A stretch of 64,000 bases of DNA from Fimbriosthenelais zetlandica (taxonomy: Eukaryota), in assembly GCA_977030845.1 (NCBI GenBank), contig OZ365112.1, positions 25,730,001-25,794,000 of the forward strand. The letters run 5' to 3'. Shown piece after piece: positions 13,036 to 26,572 of the stretch. A program made the position numbers and the translations under genes. The notes beneath the pieces were generated by a model. That model searched no databases, was not told the origin of the DNA, and saw only the letters and a list, made by a program, of their open reading frames with translations. Position 1 is the stretch's first letter, and each line of letters opens with the position of its first letter.

Positions 13036-13323
13036 CTACCGAATCCTTTCTTCCGTCCATCCATCCATCCTCCTTTCACCTACTCTCTCATACATAGTAT
13101 ATACCTTTTTACTAGCCTGTGTATCATCAAATGTGCTCTGAAATTCACAGTGGAGGTGTACAGAATATTTTAAGTGGATGATAGAAAAAAAGTGTGAAAG
13201 ATGCTTTCCAGGCATAAACCGATCCTCAAGTGGTCTCCACATCTCCTTAACAGAGTGAGTCGATGGTGGGGAAGAAAATGCAGTTACAACCCACTTGTAC
13301 ACCTCCACTACTGCCACACTCAC
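13036..13323 (-). mobile_element. L1 ORF2 3' region remnant
   Basis: HLSHFFSIIHLKY and SKKVYTM resemble ..SHFF.YLQ.RH and ISKLY of fish/amphibian L1 ORF2. Confidence 0.3.
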
Positions 13324-16149
13324 TTATATATTGTGAATAATATATGTGGGCGCTTATGTGCCACTTACTCTCTCCCACACACTCTTCTAGGCATAGTGCA
13401 CTAAACACGGGTGCTAGAATGGACAAAAAAATCCCGCTTTGCCTTAGGCTATAGATTTTAGAACGAACATCTGAATAGTTTTACGCCGGCCAAGTCTAGT
13501 CCCCTTGATTATCAATTGCCAAGGGATCCATTGGAAAATAGTACATGCAAGCAGGCCCGATGGACTGGCGCTTAAAAGCATCTCGCTCTCTCGTTCGGGA
13601 CTGATCAACGCACATGGCGATAATTTTATTAAGAACAAAAACCACTTTCCATTCATGTTCCCTTTTTTATTTATAGACCCTAATGTGTTCCGTACTAAGC
13701 TGTATAAAAAGAGAAGCTACTTTTATTTGATGAAAACTTGCTCTATATGCACAGCGCCTCTTCATCCGCCATTGAACAAAACAGTTTTCATTTTGTAGCC
13801 AGGTCTTTATTCAGTACTTTTTTTCAAAAACGCGAGAATCCAATTTAAGGCCAATGATGTTGCCAAAAGTTTGTGTTGCTTTTTGGACTGGCTCCTGTGA
13901 AACCGTGACAGTGCAACGGTGCATCCCGTTTGTTTGAGGGCCGGTTATTTATTCGGACATTTTGATTTCAAACCTTAAATTTATTACATGTTCTCAAATT
14001 ATAAGAATCACTTTATGCACCAATATTGTGTCCATGAATTAACTAATTTTACACTAATATTCATGCACGAATCCAACCCACAAAAGCCAACTCTAAATCT
14101 CCAAGTAATTATCCTTTCTAATGTGGTTTTGAACTCCCACTTTAAAAGCTGATCATTATTTCAAAGGCCCCCTTTACTTTGACCATTCCCTCATAACAAA
14201 GCGCTTTAATTTACACTCTTTAAGCTGCAGCCAGTCTCTAATTAGCTACTAAAAGTTACCTGTTAAAAGGTCTACCATGGCCTTCTCTAAGACACGGCAT
14301 ATTAAGGCGTTACATAGCTTAACTTAATGACCTCGGGGGAATAGTAAGGTATATGAATGAATCTCTCCACCACCATTCCACATCCCTATAGGCTCTTTCA
14401 CTCGCTATAAACATATAGATCTCCATATTTGCTAGTACATAACCAAGTGGGACCCTCACAATTACAACCCTCATATAGTGTCTAGATACCGCGGTCGCCT
14501 GCTAAGATATGCTGCAGTAACTTAGCCAGAGAGAAATTCTCCTTTGCCTAATTATCTGGCTGACTAATTACCATCATTTAGGATGTAATCTGCTAATGAG
14601 TGTGTGATCTAGGGACTGGCTCCTACTGGGACTATACCATCTAGTAGCATCGGTATGCACCCAACATCAAGCCTCTACAATAGGCTTGGCCTTGCCTTCC
14701 CCACAACCCTTCCATCCCTCATTTCTTTTGCCCTAGCTCTGTTGACCAAAGCCTGTGTGTTTGAAGAAGATTAAGACTGTCTCTGCTGCTTTTTTGCCTC
14801 TCTGGGACCATCTTTTTCCCTGCATGGGGAGCGAGGAACAAAACATTTTGATCATGTGACTGCAGTCAGTGCTTTCCCAGCACCATCCCCAAGGGTCCTT
14901 CTAGAAGAAAGCATTCTACATGTTCTCTAATAGAAGAAAAATAAATCCTATATTTCATTCAAAGGGTGGGTATGCTCCTAGGCAAAAAGGGAGAGTATTA
15001 CTAAGTCTACAGTGTATGCTTTTTGCAACCACTATTTGCAGTAGCAAGTAGTGTGCATTGTAAAGATCCATGTGGCTGTACAAAGCCATTCATTTCTGGT
15101 GAGATCTTTTTACCTCACTGCCATCGGAGGGCAGTCACGAGGCTTTGCATGTTATATCTTAAACTAGATCCCACTTCACATGGGATTGTTGTTCATCTGG
15201 CTGTTCCAAACCTTGCCATTCAACACTTCCATTCCAAGTAACATGCGCCAGGTACAGAGCATGGACATCGTATCCAAGAAGGGCCTGCTTTTGGTTTTGC
15301 AGTGCGGTACCGAGGATTCCCCTTACAAAAAGCAACCACGGTGGTTACTAAAGAAAAACTAGTGTTTACATGTCACAAACCTTTGGAAAGAAACACCATT
15401 CACTGTAGGGTGATGGCAGGGAAAAGGGATTGGTGGCTTTTTGTCATTTTTGGACGAAATAGATCCCCTTCCAGCGCCAGAGCCTAGACGGGTAGAATTC
15501 ACCATTGCCAAAACCCTGACACCATCAGCCGCCTGAGTAGGTACCCATCCCAGGCCTCGATCTGAGGTCGCGCTCTAGTAAAGATCAGGTGGGCCTGCCT
15601 ATGGTATTAGGTGCCATTTAAAACCGCTAAGATGCATTCCTTCATTCTGAAAACTGCAATTACATGTATACCACCCCTGGATAGAATGACCCTTCTTTTA
15701 AAATGGCCAGTAGATACACATTGTACCATTTCAATCCGTCAGGTACCTTCCCTTTTCCAAGTCTCCAAGCTGAAAAGGGGGGAAACGTTGAAAGGCTGCT
15801 GTCCTCGTTTTCATGCGGCGAGCGGTTGGAAGTTTTTAAACAACCATCAGGGTTAAGTTACCCAGCCTTCGTACACATGAAAGATTGATAAATGAGGCAG
15901 CTTTAAATCATGGAAATACCCCATTGGTATCCTGTGCAGCTTTCACATAGCTTTTTAGATTTATTACAGGGAATTACATCTTTGCCCATCATGAATAGTA
16001 ATTTATAGCTTCAGCATCCACTGCCGCCATTGTCCTTACCATAGATGGTGCCACCGATTACTGTCACTAAATATTTCTATAAATATTTCATGGGGGGATA
16101 GTGAAATAAGGATATCACCTGAGTGTTCACAATAAATACCAGCTCGATT

Positions 16150-16670
16150 CATGCCCACCGAGGGTTCATTGAGATATGTCCCATGTGATGTACTAAAATT
16201 CAATCGTCAATCACCACTTTTCATTGCTGTTTAAAGCCTGGCTTGTTCGACCTAGCTTCACAGGGGGGCTTTACAATTTTACAGCAGCTCTAAATGGGAC
16301 CATTGGAGATAACAGATCCAGGCCCCGGCACTATCTAATATAGATAACGGAAAGGATTGCGTTTCCGGAGGATTTGCCCTCAATAGATAAAGATTACATT
16401 GAGTCTCAACTCCTGGACATTGTGCTGTTGTGTACGTGAAAGTTTTCCCAAACATTTGCGTAGGAAAGAGCTATGTTTTCCCCCTGTTGCCCTACGTAAA
16501 TGGGTCCCTTTCGATCCCTTGCACCCAGAATGAGTTCACCCCTTGAAAGATGGAATCTCTTCTCTCCACTGGAATGGTTTTAAAATACATTCATTGCCCG
16601 GGCTTAGCACTCCCAGGGGTTTTTCCTTTCACCAGTGTTTAAAGCTGCATTTCAGCTATTTCCACTTTCC
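16150..16670 (-). mobile_element. Degenerate L1 RT N-terminal remnant
   Basis: EIAEMQL*TLVKGKTPGSAKPGQ*MYFKT (16580-16660) resembles EI..AI..L..GKSPGPDG...EFYK. A weak F*YITW (FD.V.W) follows downstream. Confidence 0.4.
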
Positions 16671-17949
16671 CACTGCAGCGCCAGTGAATTCTGTGGGATC
16701 TTTTAATATGGTTGACCCATGAGCGAATGAGATCCTACGGCGAATAACTTGCTGCATTAGTTTTGCTTTTGGGATGTAAATGGCACACCTGGTTGATATG
16801 TACATGTTGTGTTTATGTGTACATGTGTGATTGAGGTATATAAATCGTGCTCAACATCAGGGTGATATGTAATTATAATGGCCCCAGGCACCGAAGCTAC
16901 ACATTTGCCTCTGGTGCTACAAATGTATATAAAGATTTCCCGACACGCTTGGCCTGTTCACCCAGGTAACTTTCACAATGTGACATTATGAGCCTTTGTG
17001 CCCATTACTTAGCTATGCGTAATGGCAATGATAATTGGCGATTATGTCCCGAGGGCCCCATATACCTCAGGGCCCGTACATATGTTACCCAGCTATGTAA
17101 GCAATGCGGATGCCTTCAACCAAAAAATAACATTTCGCCATTATACCAGAAACGGGGAAAAAATTGGTAAACATATTGTGTTTGTTTAGGGATAACATTT
17201 TGTATCTGTGGTGGTTGTAGAGAGGGTGGGGCGTATCATGCAGTACTCTTCACGCATGTTAATCCAATATAAGATGACTTTTTACCATCGGGCGGGGGCC
17301 TACTTTATTCAGCGTTTGTCAATTAATTGGCCCCTGGTTAAGCGTTCGTCCAATTAAGTTATTCTCAGGGACAGCTTCCAAGAAAATACACTTCTCGTAC
17401 AATTGCTTGCCAAATCTGGAATGCTATTAATTTAAGCCTTGTCTTATCCCATGATTTAATCAGTCCCAGTGCTTGATTAAAATCTATACATGAATTCCTC
17501 AGGTATTACATTTTGAGATATACCTGAGAGGGTTGTACATTGGTGGTATAACTATATATCTGGGGATGAACACACCTATGTACACTGTATATGTGTTTAT
17601 CTAACATGGCCTGTGAAGGTATCAATATCAGGGAGCTTGGAGGTAAATCCTCCCTCGGGGAAGGACCTCTGACGTCCCACGCTCCCATCTCTTATCCCAG
17701 TCACCTATACTGATACATAGCCCCGGATCCAAACAGGACTATCTAATGGCTTATATCCACTAAACCCATGCTCCCATCGGTTAACAATGGGCTTTCTCCT
17801 ATCCCATTTTGATGCATCTTTTACCAGTGGTTTCCCTTAAGGCAAAAGTACATCAGGACTAAAATCGATGACTCGAAAGAAGGGTAGCACCTTTTAGAAA
17901 ATCTCTTGCAATCTGATATCAAATCGCTTCAGTGAAACCAGGCCTTAAC

Positions 17950-19260
17950 CTGCCTTAAGATCATGTGTGAGAAACTGGTATAGCCACAACTCGCCTGATG
18001 AAGTCCCAATAGGGAGGTGTCCCTGGGGTAGACGTCCCTATGTTACACACTTGGAGCATCTACATTATAGAACCACCTCACGGTGGATTAGGCATTCCCA
18101 GGTATACATATACACACGAGACTCACAACCCACCCTCTCACCATCTCTACATGGGAAAAGTTTCCCTGATAAGCTGCCTCAGTGGCTTACCTCAAGAGGT
18201 GGAAGTTTTGATTCAAAGGTTATGTATACCAGTCTCCTGTGCTCTGACATTGGTTGGTTTAATAAACAAGAGATAAGGAAAGTCAGTGACATTGTATATG
18301 GGTAGGTTTATATATATGTGGGTCTGAGAGAGTGAATTGAAGTGGGGTCCTCACCACTGACTTACTTGTTGTGGGAATACGGTTATATCAATAGTCGTAG
18401 CTTGATAAGTGGACTCATGCTACCGTGTTGACATGCTACCATGTAACCATTGACGTGTTATTTTGGGCTTAATTTTGACATGTCCAGGCTTAAGTTGATG
18501 TGGCATCTTTGCGAGTTCATCAACAGGGGAGATTGCATAAAAAATCCACTGAAAATACAACCATTCTTCCTTATGCAACAGGTTCCCATACACCTATCTA
18601 TACCTGCCTCCCCACCTTTGTCTATAGTATCTGTTTTTTTGAAGTAGCATAGAGGACGAACCTCCTTAGACAAATATCCCTGCCCAGAAACCGTAAGCCA
18701 TTTGTATGCCTTGCTTCATAAGAGAATTGATATTGGAAAAAATGTTTTTGTTCCCCTCGTGTGTAGGACATAAAAAGAGCAAGCAGTGGGCTTGCTTAAG
18801 ATTTACTGGCTACCATCCGGAACCTATTGTCACAATAGGGAATTCATCACTCCATCAATATGAAATCCAGTCTGCCAAGAGGTATCTGTCTTCCACCGCA
18901 ATAGTTTATGCTTGTCAGAGCCCATGTTGCTGAGCCTTTGATGCTGGCCTTATTGCTTTTTTTGCTGCACCTTTCAGAGGGACACTTTTAGAAAATTAAT
19001 CCCTATAACTACATTGCCAACCATGGCTAAAATAGCTAGAGTGAACTTGAGTTATTGGACTTGCTTCGGATGAATTTCCGGGCAAATCTCTCAATGAGGA
19101 AGGGAATCCATCATCAAGGGGGCGAGGGACCGAGACCACTTATAGACATGTTTTTATATTGTGCCTTTAAAGTTGTGCACTTTCTAGTAGATTTATATTT
19201 TCATGAGAGAACGGGGAAAAAAGATTGGATCGGCCATGTTGTATAAGGTGATTGGTAATG
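17950..19260 (+). mobile_element. L1 ORF2 3' half remnant (post-RT to C-terminal Cys region)
   Basis: Collinear motifs: WGRRPYV..L / PPHGGLGIP (W..K.PR...L...GGL.LP), VSHLYALL at 18693 (ISKLY), KQW (KWE), QYEIQSAKRYLSST (QYK.LHR.Y.TP), SPCC and EGTLLE at 18977 (EGTL.H). Confidence 0.6.
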
Positions 19261-19675
19261 GGGCTTATTTGTCCCAGTGTTTATACGCCAGAAGTCGGAA
19301 GGCTTTCATTGTTTATGCCGACAATGGTTCTGTTTACGGGCCTTTTAGGAAGGCAATACCCTCTCCTCTCACTCGCCCCTTCTCTCCTTCCCCTCTCTAT
19401 GATCCTTCACCAAATCGCTGTCAGTCTCTGATCTTTGTTCCTACATCCACGAGTGTTGTGAACGCCATATCTGATGTCTGAAGCAATCGTAAATCAAAGC
19501 TGTAAAAGGCAGCAGGTCCTCTGGACAACTCTCAACACAGAGAGCCAGGCTCCGGCCTCTCATGTAAAGAGGTCCGCGAGGAGAGAGGCCAAGCACTGTA
19601 TGGATTGACTGAATGATGGACGCTCCCCGCCTATAATGTCCCCTCTCCATACCACCACCATTCATCAAGTACGGC

Positions 19676-20022
19676 GAAAAGGGGAAGAGAGGCAGAGGGG
19701 AAGGCAAGGAACTACTGAGAGGCAAGGGGAGAAGGGAAGAGGCAGGCAGAGGAAGAGAGAAGGAAAGGAAAAGCGTATACTGAGTGGGAGAGGAAAGGAG
19801 GAAGGGCAGGGGAAGGGAGGGAGAGGTATAGCAGAGAAAGGCAGAAAGGGTATAGAAAGAGTGGGTTTGGTGAGGAAAGGCTTGGGGGCTGAAGAAGAAA
19901 GGAGAAATGAGAGGACGCATGGGAGAGAATCCCACCCCAGCAACTTGGTACAGAATCTGTCCCATGTATCTTTCTTTACAAGGGTCCGCAGAATGCAAAG
20001 CAAAGAGGAGAAGAGGAAAAAA
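19676..20022. repeat. Polypurine (GA-rich) low-complexity tract
   Basis: Nearly pure A/G on the + strand over 19676-19915, tapering to ~20022. It explains the overlapping low-complexity ORFs. Confidence 0.9.
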
Positions 20023-21535
20023 TGTCCATAAGTGCTCGACCTTAATAGACAATGTATCTTCATCAATCACATTTTCCACCCGGTTCTGACCAGCTTAGCG
20101 CATGCACAGATTGATACTCTGAATCATGTTTTTTTTTTGCATCCTCCTTTTCTTTCTCTCCCAGTGGTCTTTGAAGAAGCAGCTTTCCAATTATGAATAA
20201 TTGAGGGGAAACATATGGTCAGACGGGGCAATGATTGTATTTTGGGCCGCCCATATCCAAGCCAGCGAATAACTCATGACCCAATCTGCATAACAATATT
20301 ACCTGCTTCAATCGCCAGGTAAACAAGAGACCTTTGCATTGAAACTTTTTAATCAAACAATGACATTTAGGTTGCCATATAAACCATTGAAACATCCACT
20401 GAGTTTGAACAGTATCATTGCCCACCATTGTAATTGCCCTTTGAAAATAGAAAAAGGTTGCAGGTCATTTTCTTTATTGTACCATCGCATGCAACATTCA
20501 TAGCTTGACCAAATGAATTTGGGAGCGTATATTTGTTTTCAGAAGGATGATGCATCACAAATATATATAAGTGTGTGTGTTCATTTATGTCCCACTTGCC
20601 CAGAGGCGCACATCAGGATGCCAAGCTATATACTATTATGATGAATCACATAGGAGTCCTCCTCCTCCATGTTTTGCCCCTCGTAGATGTAGTATTTCTA
20701 TCTACTATCCGCACTATTAAATGCCGTCTCTAATGGCGATACCTCAAGCCAAGCTAAACGTGATCATTTAAAGTAATGGCCATTCAATCCATCAGGGGAA
20801 CTCGTGATGATATGGTCCTCTCATATGATTTATGTCAATATATCACATTCATATTGAAAAAATACTGCCATACACAACGATGGGCAAGGTCTATTTAGCC
20901 TTGCCCTCAAGCATTTGCATGACACTCTTTTTGTAGTGATGAGTGATAAGCAAAGGAACACAGACACAGTCTTTGACATTGTAATCATAGGCTTGAGCCC
21001 TGAATTTATGTTTTCATTATGTAGATGTAGGGGAGAAAGAAAACAAAGCCTGGGGGCAGTTTTGCATGGTTTTAATAGCTTAAATGGCATCTTTATATCC
21101 AGCGGCTTCTTTACACTATTGAAGCAAGGTATCATGTATCTATAATGATCCATCATAAGCACCGGTGCCTGTATATAAAGGTGATGTATACGTCTCATAA
21201 TGTTATAGTTGCTCTGTGAAGCACTTGCTTCTATATGCATGCCATATAATATGCATTATCAGTGTATATACACCCTCTTAAACATCATTGCCTTTGGCAT
21301 TGCATTCAAGCCACTCACTTATCTCTTGATCTGGTTTTAAATAATTATGAAGACAGCGATCCCATCAGACGTATTGTCTTCCTTGCAAATGAGTCTCATA
21401 ATTCAATTATATTAGAGCGTGTACATGGGAGACTTAAATGGTTATCATCTACATGAGCCAAGTGGAGGTTTTGGTGGCCATGTTAATGATGGTATTTTCT
21501 GGGCCTGTACCACAGTCTATACTGTGAATACTCCT

Positions 21536-22090
21536 TTAGTGAAGAGAAGGAGTCATTGCCAGCTTTAGGTCCTGTACTCTGTGTATGTGTTGACTGACTA
21601 ATTGGAGGGTTACTCTCGGACAGAATCCAATGAGCCCAGATGCTCTCTCTCTAAGATGGGTGGAGACTTGTGAGCAATTGGAGACTCTACTGTTCCAAGC
21701 AATGGACATCTTCCACCGACCGTTCCCAACAATTGGCCTTAGAAATGGCTGCCAAACTAACAAGGGACATGTATGAAAAGGCACCCTCTTCCCACCTGAA
21801 CATTCTCATCCCGATATAGGATTAGCTCATTGAACTATTGACAGGTAGTGTTATTTCATCCCCATTGACCGCACCTTTCCGCAGGTGTGGTCAAGTACTT
21901 ATTAGAATCTTCCATCAGTTCCTGAGAATGTCTAAGATTTCCCTTACACAATCCCTTAGGAATAAAAGGGTTATTCGATTTGCTCGCACAAGAGCAGCTC
22001 GCCGTAATGAAGGGAATATGCTCCACTCTTTGTCTTAGTGGAACTCTTGTCTAGACTCCATAAATGTGACTGTCTAACGCTTGAAGTTTG
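21536..22090 (-). mobile_element. Possible L1 ORF2 post-RT remnant
   Basis: PFLRPIVGN..AWNSRVSNC..LQLVSQHI weakly follows PI..N..W...GI..YLQ.RH. Confidence 0.25.
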
Positions 22091-22774
22091 TCTGTGGTAA
22101 ATATAAGGACGCCTTTAAACTAATTTGAGGCGTCTAATTGCTCGTGCCGGTGAGGAGCATACATGATGAAAAAAACTGTCGTCAGCTAAACGCTGCCTTC
22201 CAACCACAATTCAGTCTAATTGTAATGTATTGTTCTTCTGGCCTTTCTCCATACTCTAAAGGTTCTGAATGCCAGGAATGCATGATTTGTTTAGTTTTTT
22301 TTCGAAAGTAAACTAAAATCGTATACAAAAATCGTACAACATCATGTGAAATGTACACATTCATGGTTGTGATTAAAACAACAAAATTATTTACGAATAT
22401 TTACATTGTTTCTAATCTCGTAAATGGAGACCTTTCATAATTAATGGGGTACATTGAGTACAATGTGAATATAATATTGTGTATCTCTCTGCCATGTCAT
22501 GTCTAGAGTAGTTATGTTTCCATGCAAAAATAACGCAAATATGTCTGGATTTGATGTGTTTGCAACGTAGCCGGGAGAAACAAGTACAAACTCCTTTGTT
22601 CTCCTTCCAAGTACATGGTGTAGGGGCATGATTACAAGCTGTCATGTAGCAAGTATACTGTAGGCAGGAGTGACATGAGTGGATGGGAGAAGGAGAGGAA
22701 GCGAGAGTGAGAGTGAGTTCTCCATCATTTTGGCTTATAAATATAGCCAACCCAGGAGAGAGGTGAGTGGAGGT

Positions 22775-22870
22775 GTATATAGGTTCAGTGTTTGATCACC
22801 CGGTCCCAGGAGGAGCAATAAGTACTCCAGGGTGTGAGGTTGATGTCTGGGAAGCTACCCACCTGGACAA
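22775..22870 (-). mobile_element. L1 endonuclease remnant (N-terminal motifs)
   Basis: RWVASQTSTSHPGVLIA (W...S....RGVAIL), then TLNLYTPP (TL.N.YAP) in another frame. Confidence 0.35.
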
Positions 22871-23685
22871 GCTAACCCCTACCCCCTACCCATCTCCCCC
22901 TACCCCCAGTACCATCACCTTGCCAGGTCCCTTCACAGTGACCAGTGCCAGGGATGGGGATGCTTTATTACGTCCATCGCTAGGTCAGGTCTCTGGCCAT
23001 TGCCAAGGTAAATCCCCTCCCCTCTCCTCCCCCACACCACATATCATCCACCCTGCCCTGTTTTGGCACCAATGCCATGCTTCAGAACAATGCTTCATTT
23101 TATATCAGCATCACCCCATACCATTTCCCAACTGTTTTCCTTCTATACAACCCTTATGTAAGTGAATAAATTCACACAGATTCTGATACACAGGTGCTGG
23201 ATCAAACCGCATCAATTGAAACCATAGCCCTGAGGGCATTCCCAAGGGGGTGTTTGCACCCTTGAGTGCTTTGTCTCGTACTATTGGGTTAAGCCTAGAT
23301 GTACACCTGGTCAAATAGGACATTCATACCCACCGACCTATAGCCGTTGTAAATCTATTATCAATGCCCCTATCCTCCTTTGCCTCGAGGCTAGGAGAAG
23401 GTGGACACAATACTCATCAATAGCCGCCTCAGGTAGGGCCGTGTTACCTTAATGTTTATTGACCGAATCTTTGCAATACAGACTTGAATAGACATCCCTC
23501 GTTTGACTAACCCCCATGTATGTCAACTATGTGAAGCTGTAACAATCTTACGGCCAGATTAGGCAAAAACCTTCAGCAAAGAAAAAATAAAGGTTCTGGT
23601 AACCTGCAACCAAGACTTGCCCCCTTAGGTGATTACCAATCGTGCCCCACCCCCTTTAGATTCAAGACTACTCATGTCCCCTTAA

Positions 23686-23780
23686 GGTTCTGTAGAACCC
23701 TTGTGTCCCACTAGGTTCTATCATTCTATTGGTTCTATAGACTCTTGGTTCTCTTATATATGTCTATAGTTCTATGGACC
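23686..23780. repeat. Degenerate GGTTCT(A) motif array
   Basis: GGTTCTGTAGAACC (hairpin) at 23686, GGTTCTA at 23714 and 23731, GGTTCT at 23747 and AGTTCTA at 23769. Confidence 0.6.
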
Positions 23781-23789
23781 ACTCATGAC

Positions 23790-24060
23790 TCCATTTTCGT
23801 TCAAGACCACTCGTGCAAGGCGAAACCCAAATGTCCATTTTCTCACGGACATAATCTTTGGCTCCCACCTTCCTGCATGGGTCTTGTACACCATGGTTGT
23901 ATCCGCCTAATACTGCACCTTTTTTTACTGGGACTAGTGTTTGTTTACACAGTGGTTCCGGAAGGCCAATATTTCTACACCCTGCCATATGATATATGCT
24001 CTCCTAAGGGGAAAACAAGGAGAGAATCTGTAGCAAGGATCCATCATTCTCCAGGTTCGG
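23790..24060 (-). mobile_element. L1 endonuclease C-terminal remnant
   Basis: TWRMMDPCYRFS..RRAYI (D.WR..HP..R.YTF.S...SRIDY), then GYNHGV (SDH.PV). Confidence 0.35.
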
Positions 24061-25299
24061 GGGCCTCAGTCTGGCCCTCCGCGCCCGGGAACATGGATCA
24101 TGATGAGGTAATTACATTTTCCTCACTAAGGTTTTGCGGTGGCGAGAGGAAAAAGTCCCTTCTTTTTCATTGTGGAGGCTCCATCAACATCCAAACCATA
24201 AATTCATATCTTCGTAACATTACCTGAGCATAATCTGGGAACTGGTTTTCTTCTTTGCTCCACCGAAGAGCTGCAGATGTTATATATCCTTTGGACACCA
24301 GGATATTGAAGCATTCAACAAAGAGCTACTGCCTCTTTTCAATCAGTATCATTAGCCAATTTGATCTCAAGGACTCTTATATGCATAGTTATTAATAACC
24401 ATAGATTATATTATCATTATATCTGAGATGAGTATCTTTTCCACACATCCCACTTTATCAAGTCGCTCTATAGTAAAGCTCAAAGACCTCCGATCTACGA
24501 GAGCTGTCATTTATAGACACGAAAAGGTCAAGGAGGTCTAATTGAAATATCAAGATTTATCATTTTTATCTGAAAGGCGTCGCTGAAAGGCTGGCAAAAA
24601 ACTGTTATTAGGATCCGTCCATGTCCCACACAACAATGAACTGACATGATGGGGGTCATGGAGAAAAAAGTCACGCTTTACTGGCAAAGAATACTCCTCG
24701 CTGCAGGAGGTTTTCAACGGAAAAGCCTATGATATGACAGGGCTTTGTGTGTTTGTCTATAGCTTGTAGGAATATGGCGCACTCACTCTTGATAAATCAG
24801 AGGTCTGTGTGCGCCATATGTCCCCTACACATGTGTTTTGTATGATATTGCTTAACCTAAACGATCAGACCCCCTACAAGGAGTGACTGGCCGCTCACCC
24901 TCCATCTCGGTCACTGAGTTTTGAGTTGTGACAGGATGGATCATCAGTTAGGAAGGAAGCTGGTCAGAAATGCTACTGAGTTGTCACTCAGATGACGAGC
25001 AGATTTTACTATTTTCGTAACAGAAGCAGGGATCGAAACATCTTGCGGAAGCATGGTGTTCCAGCTGGAATATTTGCTGTATTCCTTTGGTAATCTCGCC
25101 GAAGGATATGGTAGTCTGGAAGTCAGGCACCACACTTCCTGAGCTCTGAAAAGTTACACCACCTTTCATTGGTTGAAAGGGGCCCTTCTGCAAAACTTTG
25201 AAATAAGTTGCTGATACTTTTTCAGTTAAATTCCCCTCATGATTCAGTTGAGAAAGTTAAACCCACTGGGTGAAATGTTCATGAATTATCTCCTCTCTG

Positions 25300-26030
25300 C
25301 CCCAAGTAGATCACTTCCACCTTCTTACCCTCAGGTACAAGCCTGACCTTAATCGTGCCCATATGAACATAGTTTTTATTCATTTCCGAAATTAGATTAT
25401 CGGGAATAGGACTGGGAAGTTGATCAAGATAAAGCTCGCATGAAAAGTGGTTTATGTGGAAGGGTGCAGACTTAGAGCATTAATACAGCCAGTAGGTTCT
25501 GAAAACAGATGTCCATGCACGTGCCTGGGAAGAACTTTGAACTTAGCTAAGGTGGCCACCCCGGCTTATACGCCTTAGAGATTCTGTCATGTTTAGTGTT
25601 CGTAAACCACCACGAAGCTTCCAGTACCCCTATTCAATGCCTCTGTTTATATCACGATTTTCAATTCAAATATTATTTCAATACTCAGTAGCAGATTCTC
25701 ACCCGACACATCATTCATGCTTTAAGCTGTAGCTTCTATTCCAAAAAGCTACTGATAGACATGGCAGTCTTTCTGTTTAAGACAGATCACCTCGCTCCTT
25801 GGACAAAGTTCGTATGCTGATCCACAGATAGAAACTCTCCTATCAGTCAAAAACCACTTGTGGATTAGGCCTCCTCCATCCTATCGGTGCTGCCTAGGAT
25901 CATCCCCACCGGGCTAATTGTATTATTGGTCCCACTCCCCTGGTCTTAAAACAGAGGTGGGTGGCTGCGGACCGATCAATTATCTCAGAGTTATGGAGGA
26001 TGGATAGGGAGGTCTAGTGCCCTTGTCTGT
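25300..26030 (-). mobile_element. Degenerate L1 RT core and post-RT remnant
   Basis: Collinear with correct spacing: KGTRPPYPSS at 26024 (RGTRQGCPLS), ISP.G/DD at ~25915 (ISLYADD), EF...NF (F..SG..N..KS), LYLDQLPSPIPDNLISEMNK at ~25430 (YLFQ.LP..IP...LNK) and FIWAR. Confidence 0.6.
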
Positions 26031-26335
26031 GCGATCTTTACATGAATTCACCTACATGTATTTGCATAGATAAAATATCTGAATATTCATGACTGGGTAG
26101 GTGCACAGACCAAGGATTATACCCATGTAAGTTAATGACAATGCACACATGTAGGCCTATATGCTTTGTATATCATGTAGGTAGCAGGGTGACCGAAAAC
26201 TAGCACCATGCATCGTGTAAGAGACCGACGTGTCAGTTGGCGTAATGATATTAGGTTCTCTGTCAGCCATACAAACTGAGACTCCCTCTCCATAAGTGTT
26301 TCCCTAATCTACTGCTAGATGGAGAGGCAAGACAA

Positions 26336-26572
26336 TGGCCTCTGGTGGCGCTATTTTGTTTGCAATTGCTCCAGAAGTGCTTGTTCTTGCACGTCCAATC
26401 TGGCCCTGATATATTGTTATTAGATCTCCATGTCGAGGCTCATTCGTACGCATGCGCAATGAATTATTGATTGCTAATAGGACCAGGGGCGCATGCGTCA
26501 GTTTAGATCATGTCAGAGGCCGTACTCTCTTACGTCGCATAACGGCTGTCATCCTGCGACGTCATAACCAAT
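26336..26572. promoter_or_regulatory. CpG-rich motif cluster (CTCF-like, two NRF1-like, CCAAT, CRE-like)
   Basis: TGGCCTCTGGTGGCGCTA 26336-26353; CGCATGCGCA 26449; GCGCATGCG 26489; GACGTCA 26558; CCAAT 26396 and 26568. Confidence 0.35.

Noticed and set aside
19441-20079. Longest ORFs (212, 133 and 131 aa)
   Set aside because: They overlap the polypurine tract, are low-complexity in every frame and show no domain.
23745-24227. 160-aa ORF
   Set aside because: It has no recognisable domain and lies antisense to an endonuclease relic.
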